The translations under genes were made by a program, and so were the position numbers. A stretch of DNA of 39,646 nt from Fervidicoccaceae archaeon (GTDB taxonomy: Archaea > Thermoproteota > Thermoprotei_A > Sulfolobales > Fervidicoccaceae). Positions 35,271 through 39,646 of this stretch are shown here, one piece after another. The stretch is taken from NCBI GenBank assembly GCA_038734945.1, contig JAVYOA010000001.1:186001-225646 (forward strand), read 5' to 3'. The notes under the pieces are model-generated. The model saw only the letters and a program-made list of their open reading frames with translations, had not been told where the DNA came from and did not search any database. The first letter of the stretch is position 1. Every line of letters starts with the position of its first letter.

Positions 35271-36965
35271 ATGAGGAGAGAGAGGGGAATATCATCAGCA
35301 GCCCTAATTGGAATAGTTGTAGTTATACTGGCAGTGGTAGCTGTTGGAGCCTATCTAGCCACAAGAGGAGGCGGAGCTCCCACAACAACTACTACAACAA
35401 CTACTTCTCCAACAACAACACAAACAACCACACAGACTACAACAACTACTGCGCAGCCTCCAAAGGGAACTCTTGTAGTAGCTATGGGGACAGATGCTTC
35501 AACTCTGGATCCTCAAGATGCTACCGATAACCCATCAGAGATGGTTAACAGAATTATCTACGAGGGGTTGGTTGAGTTCGACGCTAACTTGAACATAAAA
35601 CCTATGCTTGCTGAGAGCTGGGAGATAAAGGACAACGGAACAACATACATCTTCCATTTGAGGAAAGGAGTATTCTTCCAGGATGGAACTCCATTTGATG
35701 CCTATGCCGTAAAGGTAAACTTTGATAGAGTTCTGAACCAGTCACTTAAGCTCCAGAGGACGAGCCTTTATGCTCCAATAATTCAATCTGTTGAAATAAT
35801 AGACAACTACACGGTGGCTTTTCATTTGAAAATGCCCTTTGGGGCATTTCTCAACGACCTAGCCCACGGAGCTGGCCTAATAATATCTCCCACACTTATA
35901 AACTCCGGTAAAGATGTGAAGACGAATCCGGTTGGGACTGGCCCCTACATGCTCCAGGAATGGGTCAAGGGAGATCACATAACTTTGGTTGCCAATCCAA
36001 ATTACTGGAACAAAACTGCAGCCCCTAAGTTTGAGAAGATAATAATAAAGGTCGTTGCGGATGATAAGGCTAGAGAAAACCTTCTCAAGACTGGAGACGT
36101 CGATGTAGTCCTCAGAATTCCCCCAGTCGATGTTGCTTCTCTGAACAACACTGGCAACATAATCACTAGAGCCTATCCAACTTCAAGAGTCATATACATT
36201 GCAATGAACCTAATGAATCCAAAGTTCCAGGATGTGAGAGTGAGGCAGGCGTTCAACTACGCTGTTGACAAGGAAGCGATAATCAGCTCAATACTCAATG
36301 GGCTTGGCAAGCCAGCAACCTCACCCCTAGCATCAAGCACATATGGCTATTGCAATGCAGGCTACTATAATTACAATGTGACTAAGGCAAAGGAGCTTCT
36401 GAAGGAAGCAGGATGGTGGGATAGAGATGGGGATGGATATGTTGAGAACGCAAACGGTCAGAAGCTTGAGGTTTCACTTTGGACTCCTCAGGGAAGATAT
36501 GTTGGAGACTATCAGATGGCCCAGGCTGTTCAAAGCTATCTAACAGCCATAGGAGTGAAGGTCAATTTGCAGGTGTGGGAGTGGACTTCCTATCTCAATG
36601 AGGTTAGAAAGCCATATAATCAATCACAGAACAAGGAGCTCTTCCTGATGGGATGGGCACCATCAACAGGAGAGGGAGACTGGGTTCTAAGACCACTGCT
36701 GGCCTCTTGGATGTGGGCTCCTGCAGGGAGCAACTACGGCTACTACAACAACTCTCAGGTCGATGCTCTCATACAGAAGCAGATGGTCACCCTGGGACAG
36801 GAGAGGCTTGATGCGATGTGCCAAGCACAGAAAATAGTGTTCAATGATGCTCCATGGATATTCTTAGTGGAAATGTACGATACTATTGGAATGAAGAGCA
36901 ATGTAAAGGGAATAGTATATCTGCCAATTGAGATAGTTATGCTGAAGTATGCTTATAGCAGCTAA
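35271..36965 (+). CDS. dppA: Peptide/glutathione ABC substrate-binding protein (family 5) with class III-like signal and Thr-rich linker
   Basis: RRERG|ISS + TM, poly-Thr, TLDP, LAESWE, FQDGTPFDA, PVGTGPY and VRVRQAFNYAVD motifs. Confidence 0.92.
   Translation: MRRERGISSAALIGIVVVILAVVAVGAYLATRGGGAPTTTTTTTTSPTTTQTTTQTTTTTAQPPKGTLVVAMGTDASTLDPQDATDNPSEMVNRIIYEGLVEFDANLNIKPMLAESWEIKDNGTTYIFHLRKGVFFQDGTPFDAYAVKVNFDRVLNQSLKLQRTSLYAPIIQSVEIIDNYTVAFHLKMPFGAFLNDLAHGAGLIISPTLINSGKDVKTNPVGTGPYMLQEWVKGDHITLVANPNYWNKTAAPKFEKIIIKVVADDKARENLLKTGDVDVVLRIPPVDVASLNNTGNIITRAYPTSRVIYIAMNLMNPKFQDVRVRQAFNYAVDKEAIISSILNGLGKPATSPLASSTYGYCNAGYYNYNVTKAKELLKEAGWWDRDGDGYVENANGQKLEVSLWTPQGRYVGDYQMAQAVQSYLTAIGVKVNLQVWEWTSYLNEVRKPYNQSQNKELFLMGWAPSTGEGDWVLRPLLASWMWAPAGSNYGYYNNSQVDALIQKQMVTLGQERLDAMCQAQKIVFNDAPWIFLVEMYDTIGMKSNVKGIVYLPIEIVMLKYAYSS
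35381..35451 (+). repeat. ACA/ACT-rich low-complexity tract encoding the Thr linker
   Basis: Encodes TTTTTTTTSPTTTQTTTQTTTTT. Confidence 0.8.
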
Positions 36966-36982
36966 TCAAGAGGGGATGAGAG

Positions 36983-37924
36983 ATAGCAGCTCCTCTCTGG
37001 AGCTATATAACAAAGCGTTTTTTACTCCTTATACCAACTCTTTTGGGAGCCTCAGTCATCATTTTCTTCATGATTCACCTTCTTCCCGGAGATCCAGCAC
37101 AGATACTGGCTGGACCGGAGGCAACCCTCCAGGACATACAGAACATGAGGATAAGGCTGGGTCTGGACAAGCCGTTGCCAGTGCAGTACTTCATGTTCAT
37201 GGAGAGGCTCCTAACTTGGAATCTGGGAAACAGCCTCGTTTCAGGCTTTCCAATCTCATCCCTAATCCTTCCAAGGTTCATAAATACTCTGAAGCTAGCA
37301 GTTCTAGCAACTATTATATCTCTCTCCATAGGGATCCTTCTTGGAATAATTGCGGCTCTTAGGAGAAACACGGCCATCGATAGGATAGTTATGATATTCG
37401 CGTTGCTCGGAGTCTCCATGCCTGTATTTCTCCTCGCAGTACTTCTAATCGTTATATTCTCAATAAAGCTCCACCTTTTTCCTGCAACAGTAATAGGAAC
37501 ATCGCCCTCTCTTAGACATCTTGTTCTCCCATCCTTGACGCTTGGTCTCATAGGTGCAGCTCCCATAGCTAGGATGACAAGATCCAGCATGGTTGAAGTG
37601 ATGAGCCAGGAATACATAAAAACTAGTGAGGCGTTTGGCTTCTCATGGAGAAGGGTGATCTTCGTTCATGCCCTTCGAAACGCCCTAATTCCAGTGGTAA
37701 CTGTTGCTGGACTGAACTTTGGTTATCTTTTGGCAGGTGCAGTGATAACTGAAACAGTCTTCGCATATCCAGGACTTGGAAGACTGATAGTCGATTCAAT
37801 TTTTGCCAGGGACTACCCAGTTGTTCAGTTCGGCCTTCTGATGATAGTGGCCTTATTCGCATTTGTGAATATGGCAGTAGATGTTCTGTATGCTCTGATA
37901 AATCCGAGGGTGAGGCTCGAGTGA
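36983..37924 (+). CDS. dppB: Peptide ABC permease DppB (apparent ATA start)
   Basis: YITKRFLLLIPTLLG, LPGDPA, ARMTRSSM, HALRNALIP, TETVF..PGLG and RDYP motifs. The frame is open back to a TGA at 36977-79. Confidence 0.88.
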   Translation: MAAPLWSYITKRFLLLIPTLLGASVIIFFMIHLLPGDPAQILAGPEATLQDIQNMRIRLGLDKPLPVQYFMFMERLLTWNLGNSLVSGFPISSLILPRFINTLKLAVLATIISLSIGILLGIIAALRRNTAIDRIVMIFALLGVSMPVFLLAVLLIVIFSIKLHLFPATVIGTSPSLRHLVLPSLTLGLIGAAPIARMTRSSMVEVMSQEYIKTSEAFGFSWRRVIFVHALRNALIPVVTVAGLNFGYLLAGAVITETVFAYPGLGRLIVDSIFARDYPVVQFGLLMIVALFAFVNMAVDVLYALINPRVRLE

Positions 37925-38787
37925 TGCTATCACTTGAAGAGATTCTGACCCCTCAGAGGAAGCTACTGCTCCGGAAGCTGAGGAGAAATAAGAACGTCAT
38001 GTTAGGAGGATCCCTTGCTTTAATATTCTTCGCCATGGCCGTTCTCGCTCCCCTCATCTCTCCATATAGCCCAACTGCTGGAAATCTGATCAATTCTCTG
38101 AAGCCACCATCCTTGAGTCATCCGTTTGGAACAGATTATTTGGGAAGAGATATATTGAGCAGGGTGATCTGGGGAGCAAGAACATCTCTAATAATAGCTT
38201 TAGGGGGCATTGCAATATCTCTCACGCTTGGTGCTATTATTGGGGGATTCTCGGGATACGTCGGAGGATTTTTTGACAGTGCAGTTATGGGTATTATCAA
38301 CATACTCTTAGCATTCCCCGATATACTTCTTGCTCTTTTCGTTGCAGCTATCACTGGACCTGGGCTGGACAACGTGATCCTCGCTATAGGAGTCTACAAT
38401 TTCCCTCAATTTGCCAGAATTGCAAGGGGGGCAGTCATTTCAATAAAGACATCCGACTATGTTGAAGCTGCTAGAGCAATTGGAGAGAGCAGATCATCCA
38501 TATTTTTCAGGTACATTATGCCTAACAGCCTATCTCCGATAGTAGTTCATGCTACTCTCAGAACTGCAGCCTCTATACTAACTGCTGCTGGGCTAAGCTT
38601 CTTAGGCCTTGGCGTTCAGCCTCCAACTCCTGAATGGGGGGCAATGATAAGCGAGGCCCTATACTACTTGGATGCTGCTCCGTACATGTGGGTCTTCCCT
38701 GGGACATTCTTAGTTTTAACTGTTTTGGGATTCAATCTGCTAGGAGATGGTCTCAATGACGTTCTCAATCCAAGAATCAAGGACTGA
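37921..38787 (+). CDS. dppC: Peptide ABC permease DppC
   Basis: HPFGTDYLGRDI, YVEAARAIG and LSFLGLG..PPTPEWG motifs. Confidence 0.93.
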   Translation: MMLSLEEILTPQRKLLLRKLRRNKNVMLGGSLALIFFAMAVLAPLISPYSPTAGNLINSLKPPSLSHPFGTDYLGRDILSRVIWGARTSLIIALGGIAISLTLGAIIGGFSGYVGGFFDSAVMGIINILLAFPDILLALFVAAITGPGLDNVILAIGVYNFPQFARIARGAVISIKTSDYVEAARAIGESRSSIFFRYIMPNSLSPIVVHATLRTAASILTAAGLSFLGLGVQPPTPEWGAMISEALYYLDAAPYMWVFPGTFLVLTVLGFNLLGDGLNDVLNPRIKD

Positions 38788-39646
38788 AGAGGTCCTGAGG
38801 ATAAGAGATCTGAGGGTATACTATAGAGGAGATGTGGGCCTCGTAAAGGCAGTAGATGGAGTGGCAGTTTCCATAGAAAGGGGCTCCTCCCTCGCTCTTG
38901 TGGGTGAGAGCGGCTCAGGAAAAACTACTTTGGGACATGCAGTTATGGGACTCCTTCCATTCAATGCCGTAGTTCCCAGCGGCGAAATTCTTTTCTCTGG
39001 AAGTGATATCCTCAAGATGAGCAGGGAGCAGCTCAGAAGAATAAGGGGAGATAGAATAACCATGGTTTTTCAGGAGCCCTCAGCAGCCCTCAATCCAGTA
39101 TTCAAAATATCATCTTTTCTCAGGGATGTGCTTAGGAAGAGAAGAGGAGCATCAATGAGCGAGAAGGAGATCAGAGAAGAATCAATAAAGCTTCTGAGGA
39201 GCGTCAGAATTCCCTCTCCCGAGATGGTTCTCGATAGATATCCTCACGAGCTGAGCGGTGGAATGAAGCAGAGGGTCCTCATAGCGGCAGCCATAGCAAA
39301 CAATCCAGATCTAATAGTTCTCGATGAGCCAACTAGTGCTCTGGACGTAAGCGTCCAGGCCCAAATACTTAGACTTCTAGATGAGCTCAGAAACAAAATG
39401 AGACTCTCTCTCCTCTTCATAACCCACAACCTCGGCGTTGCTGCGCAGGTCTCGGAAAAGGTTGCTGTTATGTATGCAGGGAAGATAGTTGAGATAGCCC
39501 CGACTGAGGTCATATTCGAAAGACCTCTTCATCCTTATACCACAATGCTCATGAAAACAATACCTAGCATAAGTAAGGAAGTGAAGGAGAGATGGCTCGA
39601 GGCCATACCTGGGGCCTTCCCAGATCTAATCTCCCCCCCTCCAGGA
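38756..39646 (+). CDS. dppD: Peptide ABC ATPase DppD, 3'-truncated by window edge
   Basis: Not in the ORF track. VKAVDGV, VGESGSGKT, YPHELSGGMKQRV, DEPTSALDV, ITHNL, VMYAG and HPYT motifs. Confidence 0.92.
   Translation, partial: MTFSIQESRTEEVLRIRDLRVYYRGDVGLVKAVDGVAVSIERGSSLALVGESGSGKTTLGHAVMGLLPFNAVVPSGEILFSGSDILKMSREQLRRIRGDRITMVFQEPSAALNPVFKISSFLRDVLRKRRGASMSEKEIREESIKLLRSVRIPSPEMVLDRYPHELSGGMKQRVLIAAAIANNPDLIVLDEPTSALDVSVQAQILRLLDELRNKMRLSLLFITHNLGVAAQVSEKVAVMYAGKIVEIAPTEVIFERPLHPYTTMLMKTIPSISKEVKERWLEAIPGAFPDLISPPPG

Overview
A 39.6 kb piece of a crenarchaeal (Thermoproteota) chromosome. The gene content suggests a Desulfurococcales/Fervidicoccales-like anaerobic heterotroph; this is an inference. 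Most of the window is housekeeping: PAC2, thermosome, Fap7 kinase, AhcY-translin-SfsA, rpl37e/LSm, aCPSF1, Sec61beta, tRNA-Ile2(CAU) and a Dpp ABC importer. Energy and envelope genes are interspersed: a tungsten FOR-type aldehyde oxidoreductase, a Grs-like B12 radical SAM next to a GT-C glycosyltransferase, a NatAB-like exporter beside a Na+-pumping acyl-CoA decarboxylase operon, and MoeA/MobB divergent from a PsrABC-like operon. The most notable items are: (1) a ~1.5 kb non-autonomous tnpB element with intact RuvC residues that splits psrC/nrfD at a GG dinucleotide and carries a frameshifted divergent micro-ORF instead of a transposase; (2) an orphan Csa3 (CARF-wHTH) gene followed by a decayed tnpB remnant of another subfamily with a recognisable right end; (3) two unannotated structured RNA candidates, one H/ACA-like and one C/D-like; (4) a 41-aa membrane micro-ORF inside the decarboxylase operon; and (5) near-cognate (ATA/ACG) codons sitting at Shine-Dalgarno-defined start positions. 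All family calls come from recognising motifs by eye; no searches were run.
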